From positions 8,409 through 72,408 of the forward strand of contig PLPI01000054.1 in NCBI GenBank assembly GCA_003159495.1: DNA of 64,000 nucleotides. The letters are read 5' to 3'. The notes beneath the pieces were generated by a model that saw only the letters and a list, made by a program, of their open reading frames with translations, was not told the origin of the DNA and did not search any database. The translations under genes were made by a program, and so were the position numbers. Shown one piece after another: positions 56,435-64,000 of this stretch (positions are counted from its first letter, which is position 1; each line of letters opens with the position of its first letter). Source of the stretch: a candidate division FCPU426 bacterium. GTDB taxonomy: Bacteria > Oederibacteriota > PGYV01 > Palsa-1178.

Positions 56435-56638
56435 ATAAAAACCTCCTGTAATGTTTTTAATATTATACCCCGCGCTTTTGAAATGTCAAAACCTCACGCG
56501 AATAACAGGAGAAATAAAATTGCACGTGCAAACGCAATTGCGGATTATGACTTCTGTTTTGACGCGCCTGTGTTATAATTAAAAAACAGGATTCAGGGCC
56601 GGCCCCTGAAAAAAACAAAGCATTATGAGGAGTTGATT

Positions 56639-57196
56639 ATGGGCGTGATGAACGACAAGTGGATAGTGAAAAGCGCAAAAAAGGGGATGATAGAACCATT
56701 TGAGTCCAGCCAGGTTGGAAAGGGCGTTATATCATTCGGGGTGTCGTCATACGGATATGACATGCGCATCGCGGATGAGTTCAAAATATTTAACCCGAAA
56801 AGCCTTGAGTTCGCGGACCCGAAAAATTTTAATGACAGCCACTTTACCCCTTTCAAGGGGGAAATATGCGTCATACCGCCAAATTCTTATGTGCTTGCCA
56901 GGAGCGTGGAATATTTCCGTATCCCGCGCAATATAATGACGATTACATTCGGCAAATCAACCTACGCAAGAAGCGGCGTCATTGTCAACGTGACCCCTTT
57001 TGAGCCGGAGTGGGAGGGGTTTGTCACAATATCAATAGCCAATTTAACCGGAGTGCCGGCGAAAATTTACGCTTTCGAGGGAATTGCACAGGTGATTTTT
57101 CTAAAGGCGGAACAGGTCTGCGGGACATCCTACGCGGATAAAAAAGGCAAATATCAGGCGCAGAAAAATATCACAACCGCCAGAATAGAAAAATAA
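56639..57196 (+). CDS. dcd: dCTP deaminase
   Basis: dUTPase-fold Dcd N-terminus (ILSDKWI-like MNDKWIVK ... [11 protein letters not shown]). RBS GAGGAG 7 nt upstream of ATG 56639. Confidence 0.85.
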   Translation: MGVMNDKWIVKSAKKGMIEPFESSQVGKGVISFGVSSYGYDMRIADEFKIFNPKSLEFADPKNFNDSHFTPFKGEICVIPPNSYVLARSVEYFRIPRNIMTITFGKSTYARSGVIVNVTPFEPEWEGFVTISIANLTGVPAKIYAFEGIAQVIFLKAEQVCGTSYADKKGKYQAQKNITTARIEK

Positions 57197-57205
57197 GGGG
57201 CAAAA

Positions 57206-58042
57206 ATGGGATTATTAGGAATACACGGATCGATTAGCGGGTCGCTTTCGAACGCGATTGTTGAGGCGGATAAGCTGGGCTGTGAAGCGCTTCAGATATT
57301 CACGGCAAACCAGCGCATGTGGGCGGTTAAGGACCCTTCCGGGGAGGATATCACGGAGTTTGCGTCAGCGTGGAAAAAATCATCCATAAAGAAAATAGTC
57401 TCGCATAATTCATACCTGGTAAATCTGGCCAGTTTTAAGCCGGAACTTCTGGAAAAATCGCGCGCGGCTTTTATGGCGGAAATGCGCAGGGTGGCCGTTT
57501 TGAAGCTTGACGCTCTGATCCTTCATCCGGGAAGTTTTACGGGAGGGGATTACGAAGGCGGGGTAAGGAATATCACGGATTCGATAAACGGGGCTTTTGC
57601 GCAGGTGAAGGATTTTCCCTCGATGCTGCTGCTCGAGACAACCGCTGGTTCCGGAAGTTCCATCGGCGGAAAATTCGAGGATATGGCGCTCATGATAAAA
57701 AAGATAAAACACAGAGAAAAAGTCGGGGTCTGTTTTGACACTGCGCATGTCTTTGAGGCCGGGTATGACACGAAAAACGATTACAAAAAGGTCTTTGAGG
57801 AATTTGACAGGGTCGTGGGGCTGGAAAGAATAGGATGTTTTCATATTAATGATTCGAAAACAGAATTTGCCAGCAAGGCGGACAGGCACTGGCACATCGG
57901 CCAGGGGCATATAGGCGGGGAGTTTTTTAAAAAGCTCGTCAACGACAGAAGGTTTAAAAACATCCCCATGATTCTTGAAACACCCAAAGAGGGCGGCATG
58001 GACATGGAAAATCTTAAGCTTCTTCATAAAATGGCCCGTTAA
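57206..58042 (+). CDS. nfo: Deoxyribonuclease IV (endonuclease IV)
   Basis: TIM-barrel AP endonuclease family 2 motifs (IGIHGSISG; LLETTAGSG; CFDTAH; HINDSK). Confidence 0.9.
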   Translation: MGLLGIHGSISGSLSNAIVEADKLGCEALQIFTANQRMWAVKDPSGEDITEFASAWKKSSIKKIVSHNSYLVNLASFKPELLEKSRAAFMAEMRRVAVLKLDALILHPGSFTGGDYEGGVRNITDSINGAFAQVKDFPSMLLLETTAGSGSSIGGKFEDMALMIKKIKHREKVGVCFDTAHVFEAGYDTKNDYKKVFEEFDRVVGLERIGCFHINDSKTEFASKADRHWHIGQGHIGGEFFKKLVNDRRFKNIPMILETPKEGGMDMENLKLLHKMAR

Positions 58043-58060
58043 AAATGGCGGCATGAAAAA

Positions 58061-59359
58061 TTGAAGGAATTTCACAAGGGAAACCTGACAAATCATATAA
58101 TAGACCTCTCGTGGCCCATGCTTCTGGGAAATTTATTGCTCAACGGAGCGGCCGCTTTTGAGCTTTTTATGCTTGGCAAAATCGGGGTGGAAACCCTGGC
58201 CGCCTATTCCATCGCCATGTCCTCGGTGTGGGCGCTTTTCAATTCTGTTCATGGAGGCCTTATAAACGCGGCAATGGCGGTTGTTTCAAGAAAATATGGC
58301 GCAAAACAGCACGAGGAAATAAATGCGGCGCTTCCAGGCATGCTTTTTACCGGCGTTATTTTCTTTTCTGCATTTGCGCTTATATGCTACGCCGTAATGG
58401 TTCCGGCGTTCATATTCTTCGGGGCAAAAGGGGCGGTTTTACGGCAGGTCACAGGATATATGTCAATGTCACTTGTGCTCAGTTTCATAATGCCGTTTTA
58501 CTCGCAACTGCTGGGTGTGGCGCGCGGGATCGGGGATTCAATTACCCCGCTCAGGATAATCTGCGTTATTGTGCCGCTTAACATTCTGCTGAATGCGGTT
58601 TTTATAGGGCTGATGGGGCTGGGCATAATGGGCGCGGCTTATTCTGCGGTTGCAACCTATGTGGCCGGGGCGGCGTTATATACCATGGTATTTATCCGAG
58701 GCATTGGCGGAATAAAATTAAGGCCGGGTCCTTTAAGAAACCGGCTTTTTTTTTCGTATTTCAGGCTTTCAGTAAAGTCGATACTGCAGAACTTCACCAA
58801 CGACGCCGGGTCAATGATTATGCTCAGGATAATATCTCCGTTCGGAAACGCATTCATTGCGGCTTACGGCATTGTTTCAAGGCTTATAAATTTTCTTATG
58901 ATGGCCGGCTGGCCCATATGCAATTCGGGAGGCGTGATAGTCGGGCATAACCTGGGGGCCGGGATCAGGAAAAGGGCCATAGAGACGATAATGGCGAGCA
59001 CCAAGGTGTTTTTATGGATTACAGTGCCGACGGCGGTGTTGTTTTTCTTTTGGGCGGTTCCCATTATGGGGGCATTTTCCGCGGATGCCGCGGTAATAGG
59101 ATTTGGCAGGTTGTTCCTTATGATAATAGCCCCGGCGCTTTTGTTCATGGCCCTTGGTCAGGCATGCCAGAGCGGTTTTTCCGGGGCGGGATTTATCGGA
59201 ACGCCGACTTCGGTTAACATTCTGGCCTTCATTATAAATAATCAGGCCATTTCTCTCAGTGGCGCTGGACAGGCTGCCCTCAACCGGGCCTTCGGGGGTT
59301 TTCTGGGCGACGAGCGTTTCTTTCGTATTTTACGGAATAGTTTACTGGTTCATATATAA
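58061..59359 (+). CDS. MATE family efflux transporter
   Basis: 12-TM MATE topology with characteristic N-terminal region (NLTNHIIDLSWPMLLGNLL). C-terminus appears divergent. Confidence 0.8.
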   Translation: MKEFHKGNLTNHIIDLSWPMLLGNLLLNGAAAFELFMLGKIGVETLAAYSIAMSSVWALFNSVHGGLINAAMAVVSRKYGAKQHEEINAALPGMLFTGVIFFSAFALICYAVMVPAFIFFGAKGAVLRQVTGYMSMSLVLSFIMPFYSQLLGVARGIGDSITPLRIICVIVPLNILLNAVFIGLMGLGIMGAAYSAVATYVAGAALYTMVFIRGIGGIKLRPGPLRNRLFFSYFRLSVKSILQNFTNDAGSMIMLRIISPFGNAFIAAYGIVSRLINFLMMAGWPICNSGGVIVGHNLGAGIRKRAIETIMASTKVFLWITVPTAVLFFFWAVPIMGAFSADAAVIGFGRLFLMIIAPALLFMALGQACQSGFSGAGFIGTPTSVNILAFIINNQAISLSGAGQAALNRAFGGFLGDERFFRILRNSLLVHI

Positions 59360-59393
59360 GAACGAAAGATGGGCAAACAAGGAGATTTGAAGA

Positions 59394-60755
59394 ATGGCTG
59401 AATTTCCAAGGGAACTTGAAAAAGGGGATATAGTCCGCCACCTTTTATACCTGAGCGTGCCTTTATTGATAGTGAACCTCATGCAGAACTTTTTTTCCGT
59501 TTTTGACATGTTCCTGCTCGGAAAACTTGGGGTCCACGCGCAGTCGGCCATTTCCATAATAGGGTTCATACTCTCGACTTTCTGGTCGATGCAGGGCGGA
59601 CTGGGCGCGGGCGCAATGGCCATAGCTTCGCGCTGCTGCGGAAAAAAGGATTACGGCGAGCTGAAAAAGACAATGGTAAACACACTCTTCGCGGCATACG
59701 CGCTGACCCTGATTTACGTCATAACGGCTTTTATTTTCCGAGACCGCCTGCTTATTTACTTCGGGGCCAGGGGCGAGACGCTGGAACTTTCAAAATATAT
59801 ATTTACGACATGCCTGATATCCGTTTTAAACGACAGCGGCCTGTGGATTTTTTTTGCGGTATTAAGGGCCTCCGGGCAGATAAAACGCCATTTTTACCTG
59901 CTGGTTGTTTCCATACTGCTGAATACAATACTGGAGCCGACGCTGATATTCGGTTGGGCCGGGTTCCCAAAACTGGGGCTAATGGGCGCGCCAATGGCAA
60001 GGTTCATTTCATATTTTACAACCACATTCGTCATGATTTCCATCCTTACAAATACCAGCAGTGTCCTGCGCATCGACTGGAAAAAGGCGCGGCTTGACTG
60101 GAAATTCCTCGTGCAATATATTAAAATATCGGTTCCGGCCATGATACAGGGTTTGCTTTCAAATTTCGCGTCGCTTGTGATGTTAAAGATAGCGGCCCCG
60201 TCGGGCGACGCCCTGCTGGCCACGCTCGGCATAGGAAGCAGGCTCGATGTTTTTGTGATGATGATAGGCTGGGCGATTGGAGGCTCCACATCCGTGCTGG
60301 TGGGCCATAACCTGGGGGCCGGCGATGTTAAAAGGGCGAAGGATTCGGTGGTTACGAGCCTGAAAATATACACTGGCTTTACCCTTGCCTGCTTTATGAT
60401 ATATTTCAATTTTTCCGGATGGGTGATAAGGATATTTAACAATGACCCGGCAGTGGTAAATTACGGCATTTCATATCTGAAAATAGTTCCGTTCTTTTAC
60501 CTTTTTATGGGAGTCGGATTAATCACCGCCAGCGCCTTTAACGGTTCGGGAGAGACAAAAACACCCATGATAATTAATATGATAGCGTTTTTTGCCATTC
60601 AGATACCGGTGGCAATATTTCTGTCAAGGATACCCGGCATCGCGGAAAAGGGGATATTCATTGCGATAGCTTCGGTATTTTTATTCCAGGGAATAGCGGG
60701 ATGGATTACGTATAAACAGGGCGGATGGATAGGAAAAAAGGCGGCCGCGGTTTAA
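59394..60755 (+). CDS. MATE family efflux transporter (tandem paralog)
   Basis: MATE N-terminal motif (IVRHLLYLSVPLLIVNLMQN), 453 aa, 12 TM. Confidence 0.85.
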   Translation: MAEFPRELEKGDIVRHLLYLSVPLLIVNLMQNFFSVFDMFLLGKLGVHAQSAISIIGFILSTFWSMQGGLGAGAMAIASRCCGKKDYGELKKTMVNTLFAAYALTLIYVITAFIFRDRLLIYFGARGETLELSKYIFTTCLISVLNDSGLWIFFAVLRASGQIKRHFYLLVVSILLNTILEPTLIFGWAGFPKLGLMGAPMARFISYFTTTFVMISILTNTSSVLRIDWKKARLDWKFLVQYIKISVPAMIQGLLSNFASLVMLKIAAPSGDALLATLGIGSRLDVFVMMIGWAIGGSTSVLVGHNLGAGDVKRAKDSVVTSLKIYTGFTLACFMIYFNFSGWVIRIFNNDPAVVNYGISYLKIVPFFYLFMGVGLITASAFNGSGETKTPMIINMIAFFAIQIPVAIFLSRIPGIAEKGIFIAIASVFLFQGIAGWITYKQGGWIGKKAAAV

Positions 60756-60765
60756 AGGGGGCTTT

Positions 60766-61368
60766 GTGGAATTTGACTGGGTTAAATCAATTCTTACAAA
60801 CAGCTTGTTTTATATTGTTTTTATGGCGGCTTTTTACATTGTATTTGCCAGGTTCAGGTCAAAAACAGAAGCCACCGCGAACACATATGTTTTTATTTAT
60901 TCATTGCTTGTCAATGTCATCACGCTCGGAATAGTTATGACACTTTCCAACCCCAACCTTGATGAAAACTTGTGGTCCTTCTCCCTTTTTTTCGCGCCTG
61001 CGGTGCTTGGAATTCCCATGACATTATTCGGAATATCGCTGGTGCCTCTGGTGCTGATGTGCCTTATTCCGCTGGTGCTTGTATTTCACGCGGTGAGGAT
61101 GGATGTCTATATCGGGGCCATAGGGGTTTCCTTCGCGGCCACACTGCTTGCCGCCGGATGGCTGCAATACTACGTTGTGGGATGGGGCGTGGCGCACGGG
61201 TTTAAGACGCTCGGAGAAAAAATAAAAAAGAAGGGCGCTGTCATTGTGATATATTTAATGATATTAATTGTCGTGACATTGATGGGTGTTTTTGCCTGGT
61301 CAAGGATGCACGACATGCTTGATGCTGTTTACCTTCAAAAGAGGCAGGAGATAAAGTACTGGCAGTAA
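60766..61368 (+). CDS. Hypothetical polytopic membrane protein
   Basis: Six predicted TM helices. Start codon uncertain (GTG/ATG). Confidence 0.4.
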   Translation: MEFDWVKSILTNSLFYIVFMAAFYIVFARFRSKTEATANTYVFIYSLLVNVITLGIVMTLSNPNLDENLWSFSLFFAPAVLGIPMTLFGISLVPLVLMCLIPLVLVFHAVRMDVYIGAIGVSFAATLLAAGWLQYYVVGWGVAHGFKTLGEKIKKKGAVIVIYLMILIVVTLMGVFAWSRMHDMLDAVYLQKRQEIKYWQ

Positions 61369-61480
61369 TATGCAGTATAACATTTTCTTCCATTTTGACC
61401 CCGCCTTTGGTATTATTCTATAAGCGGCAATTGAAAGTGTTTGCCGCCCTGACCGGATTATTTATCCAGAGGAGAAAAAC

Positions 61481-62785
61481 ATGAGAAACAATATTATCCA
61501 TCCCGGAGCGGATGAACTTGTTTATGAGATACGCGAGATAGTCAATGTGGCAAATAAGATAGAAAAGACGGGCGTTCCCATAATATGGGAAAATATCGGC
61601 GATCCCGTGGCAAAAGGGGAAAAGGTGCCGGACTGGATAAGGGATATTGTAGCGGACACTGTAAAAAATGATAATTTGAGTTTCGCGTATTCGCCGACAA
61701 AGGGGCTTCTGGCAACACGCGAATACATCGCATACGAGCGCAACCTCGAGGGCGGCGCGCAGATAACGGCGGAGGATATCCTTTTTTTTAACGGGCTCGG
61801 GGACGCAATAGCGACTGTTTACAATTACCTGAACAAGAACGCCCGTGTCATGGGTCCGAACCCTGCTTACTCCACACATTCATCGGCGGAGGCGGCGCAC
61901 GCCGGTTCGGCGCACATAACATACCGGCTCGACCCTAAAAACAGCTGGTATCCGGATTTGAAGGATATGCGGGAAAAGATAATAAGCCATCCGGAGATAA
62001 GCGCAATACTTATCGTCAATCCGGACAATCCTACGGGAATGGTTTATTCAAAGGAAATGATAAAACAGGTTGTGGACCTGGCGCGCGAGTTTGACCTTTT
62101 TTTAATTTCCGACGAGATATATTCAAACCTTTTTTACGGCGGAGTTGAGCATAAAAAACTTGCGTCGGTGATCGGGGATGTGCCGGGAATTGCCATGCGC
62201 GGAATATCAAAGGAATTTCCGTGGCCGGGCTCAAGGTGCGGCTGGGTGGAATTTTATAACACTTCAAAGGACCCAAAATTCGCGAGGTACGCAAAAACCA
62301 TAATAGACGCCAAGATGCTCGAGGTATGCGCCACCACTCTCCCGCAGAAAGTACTGCCGAAAGTCATGGGAGACCCGAGATATTATCCGTACCTTGCGCA
62401 GAGGAACGCGAAGTACCAGGAAAAATCGCAGATAGCCTATGATATTTTCTCGAAAATTCCCGGAATAACGGTTAACAAGGCATATGGAGCGTTTTACATG
62501 ACTGTATTATTCAATGAAGGAGTCTTAAAACAGGGGCAGTCCCTGAAACCAATGAATAAGCAAGCCGGTGATATTATAGCCCCGCTTCTGGATACCGATA
62601 TGCAGGATAAAAAATTTGTCTACCACATGCTGGCGTCAAGGGGCATCTGCGTAGTCCCGCTTTCAACGGGGTTTAATTCCGATTTGAACGGATTCAGGAT
62701 GACGCTGCTTGAACCGGATATGAAAAAATTTAAGGTAATAATGAACGATATAGCTGCCGCGGTAAAAGAATATATAAAATCGTAG
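61481..62785 (+). CDS. Pyridoxal-phosphate-dependent aminotransferase, class I/II (AlaT-like)
   Basis: Fold-type I aminotransferase. PLP-lysine motif SKEFPWPGSRCGW. 434 aa. Confidence 0.8.
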   Translation: MRNNIIHPGADELVYEIREIVNVANKIEKTGVPIIWENIGDPVAKGEKVPDWIRDIVADTVKNDNLSFAYSPTKGLLATREYIAYERNLEGGAQITAEDILFFNGLGDAIATVYNYLNKNARVMGPNPAYSTHSSAEAAHAGSAHITYRLDPKNSWYPDLKDMREKIISHPEISAILIVNPDNPTGMVYSKEMIKQVVDLAREFDLFLISDEIYSNLFYGGVEHKKLASVIGDVPGIAMRGISKEFPWPGSRCGWVEFYNTSKDPKFARYAKTIIDAKMLEVCATTLPQKVLPKVMGDPRYYPYLAQRNAKYQEKSQIAYDIFSKIPGITVNKAYGAFYMTVLFNEGVLKQGQSLKPMNKQAGDIIAPLLDTDMQDKKFVYHMLASRGICVVPLSTGFNSDLNGFRMTLLEPDMKKFKVIMNDIAAAVKEYIKS

Positions 62786-62846
62786 TCATGATTTATTACT
62801 TAATAATAGTTATGTGTTTTCTAATTTAAATTCATACGGAGGTCTT

Positions 62847-63665
62847 ATGGATTACTTTCATTCGTTGATAATGGGCATAATACAGGGAATCACGGAGTTT
62901 TTACCGGTCAGTTCCAGCGCGCACCTGGCGCTCTACCCTAAAATATTCAATGTCCATTCCGCCCTGCTGGACTCGGTGAGTTATGACGTCGCGCTTCACG
63001 CCGGGACGCTGGTGGCGCTTGTTGTATTTTTCTGGAAAAGGATAATGGTTCTGCTCGGAGCGTTTTTTAAGGGGCTGGGTTCGGCCGAAGCGCGTAAAAC
63101 CCGGGATTTCAGGATGGGGCTTTTTATCATTATAGCGACCATTCCCGGGGCGATTGTGGGATTTAAGTGGAACAAATATATTGAGGAAACATTCCGTGAT
63201 CCGGTAAAGATCGGCATCCTTCTCGCGGTTTTCGGCCTTGTTTTGTGGCTCGCTGACGCAATCGGAAAAAAAACCAGGGTAACCGGGGAAATGAATTTTT
63301 TTGATTCCGCAATCATTGGAATCGCACAGGCGCTGGCTTTGATACCCGGAGTATCGCGTTCCGGCATCACGATAACAGCGGGAATGTTCCTTGGATTTAA
63401 AAGGGAAGACGCCGCGGAGTTCTCGTTTATAATGAGTATTCCCATTGTGGCGGGTGCTTTTTTACTTGAATTTAAGCATCTTATAAAAACGGCGTCCGCG
63501 GACGGGCTCGGACTTTCGTTTATCGGATTTGCCGCGGCCGCCATAACCGGCATTATCACGATAAAATTCATGCTTGATTTTGTGAGGAAAAATTCATATG
63601 TGCCGTTTGTGATTTACCGCGTTGTCTTCGGCATAGTGCTGGTCGCCTCTTTTGTAAAGTGGTAG
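62847..63665 (+). CDS. uppP: Undecaprenyl-diphosphatase
   Basis: BacA/UppP motifs (GITEFLPVSSSAHL ... PGVSRSGITI). Confidence 0.9.
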   Translation: MDYFHSLIMGIIQGITEFLPVSSSAHLALYPKIFNVHSALLDSVSYDVALHAGTLVALVVFFWKRIMVLLGAFFKGLGSAEARKTRDFRMGLFIIIATIPGAIVGFKWNKYIEETFRDPVKIGILLAVFGLVLWLADAIGKKTRVTGEMNFFDSAIIGIAQALALIPGVSRSGITITAGMFLGFKREDAAEFSFIMSIPIVAGAFLLEFKHLIKTASADGLGLSFIGFAAAAITGIITIKFMLDFVRKNSYVPFVIYRVVFGIVLVASFVKW

Positions 63666-63666
63666 C

Positions 63667-64000
63667 ATGAAGATAAAATTTCTGGGAACAGGCACGTCGC
63701 ACGGCGTCCCTGTTGTCGGATGCTTGTGCCCTACATGCTCGTCTACGGACCCGAGGAATAAAAGATACCGTTCGTCAATCTGGGTTTCAAAGCCCGGGTC
63801 AAGCATTGTTGTGGATACTTCAGCCGAGTTCCGGCTCAGATGCCTGGAATATTCGATAAAGCGCATTGACGCCATTCTTTTAACCCACGCGCACGCGGAC
63901 CACATTGCCGGACTGGATGATATAAGGATATACAACGACACCCAGTCCATGGACATTCCGCTCTTCTGCGACGCCTCAACCGCACGGGATATAAAACAGA
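63667..64000 (+). CDS. MBL-fold metallo-hydrolase (partial; 3' end beyond the window)
   Basis: HxHxDH zinc motif (LLTHAHADHIAGLD). ORF runs off the window end. Confidence 0.6.
   Translation, partial: MKIKFLGTGTSHGVPVVGCLCPTCSSTDPRNKRYRSSIWVSKPGSSIVVDTSAEFRLRCLEYSIKRIDAILLTHAHADHIAGLDDIRIYNDTQSMDIPLFCDASTARDIKQ

Noticed and set aside
1-64000. Scan for tRNA, rRNA, CRISPR arrays, IS elements, integrases and phage genes
   Set aside because: No cloverleaf-compatible sequence in any intergenic region, no regular repeat-spacer arrays, and no transposase, integrase or phage-like ORFs found by eye. The only repeats are the short REP/MITE-like elements reported above.

Overview
This 64 kb window is gene-dense, about 50% GC, and reads as bacterial chromosome with a diderm-type envelope. 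Several outer-membrane-like proteins carry signal peptides and a C-terminal Phe. The lineage could not be assigned from sequence alone; it may be an uncultivated or anaerobic group. The centrepiece is a complete division and cell-wall (dcw) cluster at about 24.2-46.6 kb. Its gene order is mraZ, a STAS-domain protein, rsmH, ftsL, ftsI, murE, murF, mraY, murD, ftsW, murG, murC, murB, ddl, ftsQ, ftsA, ftsZ, amiC-like, pgeF. Upstream are housekeeping genes: an M50 protease, trpS, scpAB, rluB-like, pheA, purM, a lemA/htpX-like pair, a MacB/FtsX-type ABC exporter operon, a nifU-like gene, an epimerase and a geranylgeranyl reductase-family oxidoreductase, followed by a GH5-like hydrolase and an ECF sigma/anti-sigma pair. 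Downstream are priA, a DUF2723-like membrane protein, queF, dcd, nfo, two MATE transporters, an aminotransferase and uppP. No rRNA, tRNA, CRISPR array, IS or prophage was recognised. The most unusual items are (i) a 980-aa in-frame tandem fusion of two MurE-like Mur ligase modules, the second lacking the DNPR motif; (ii) a STAS-domain protein inserted between mraZ and rsmH; (iii) a family of short intergenic repeats with several MITE/REP-like arrangements; and (iv) an ECF sigma/anti-sigma pair whose sensor domain has a secreted paralog next door. All calls rest on motif recognition by eye; no database search was run.
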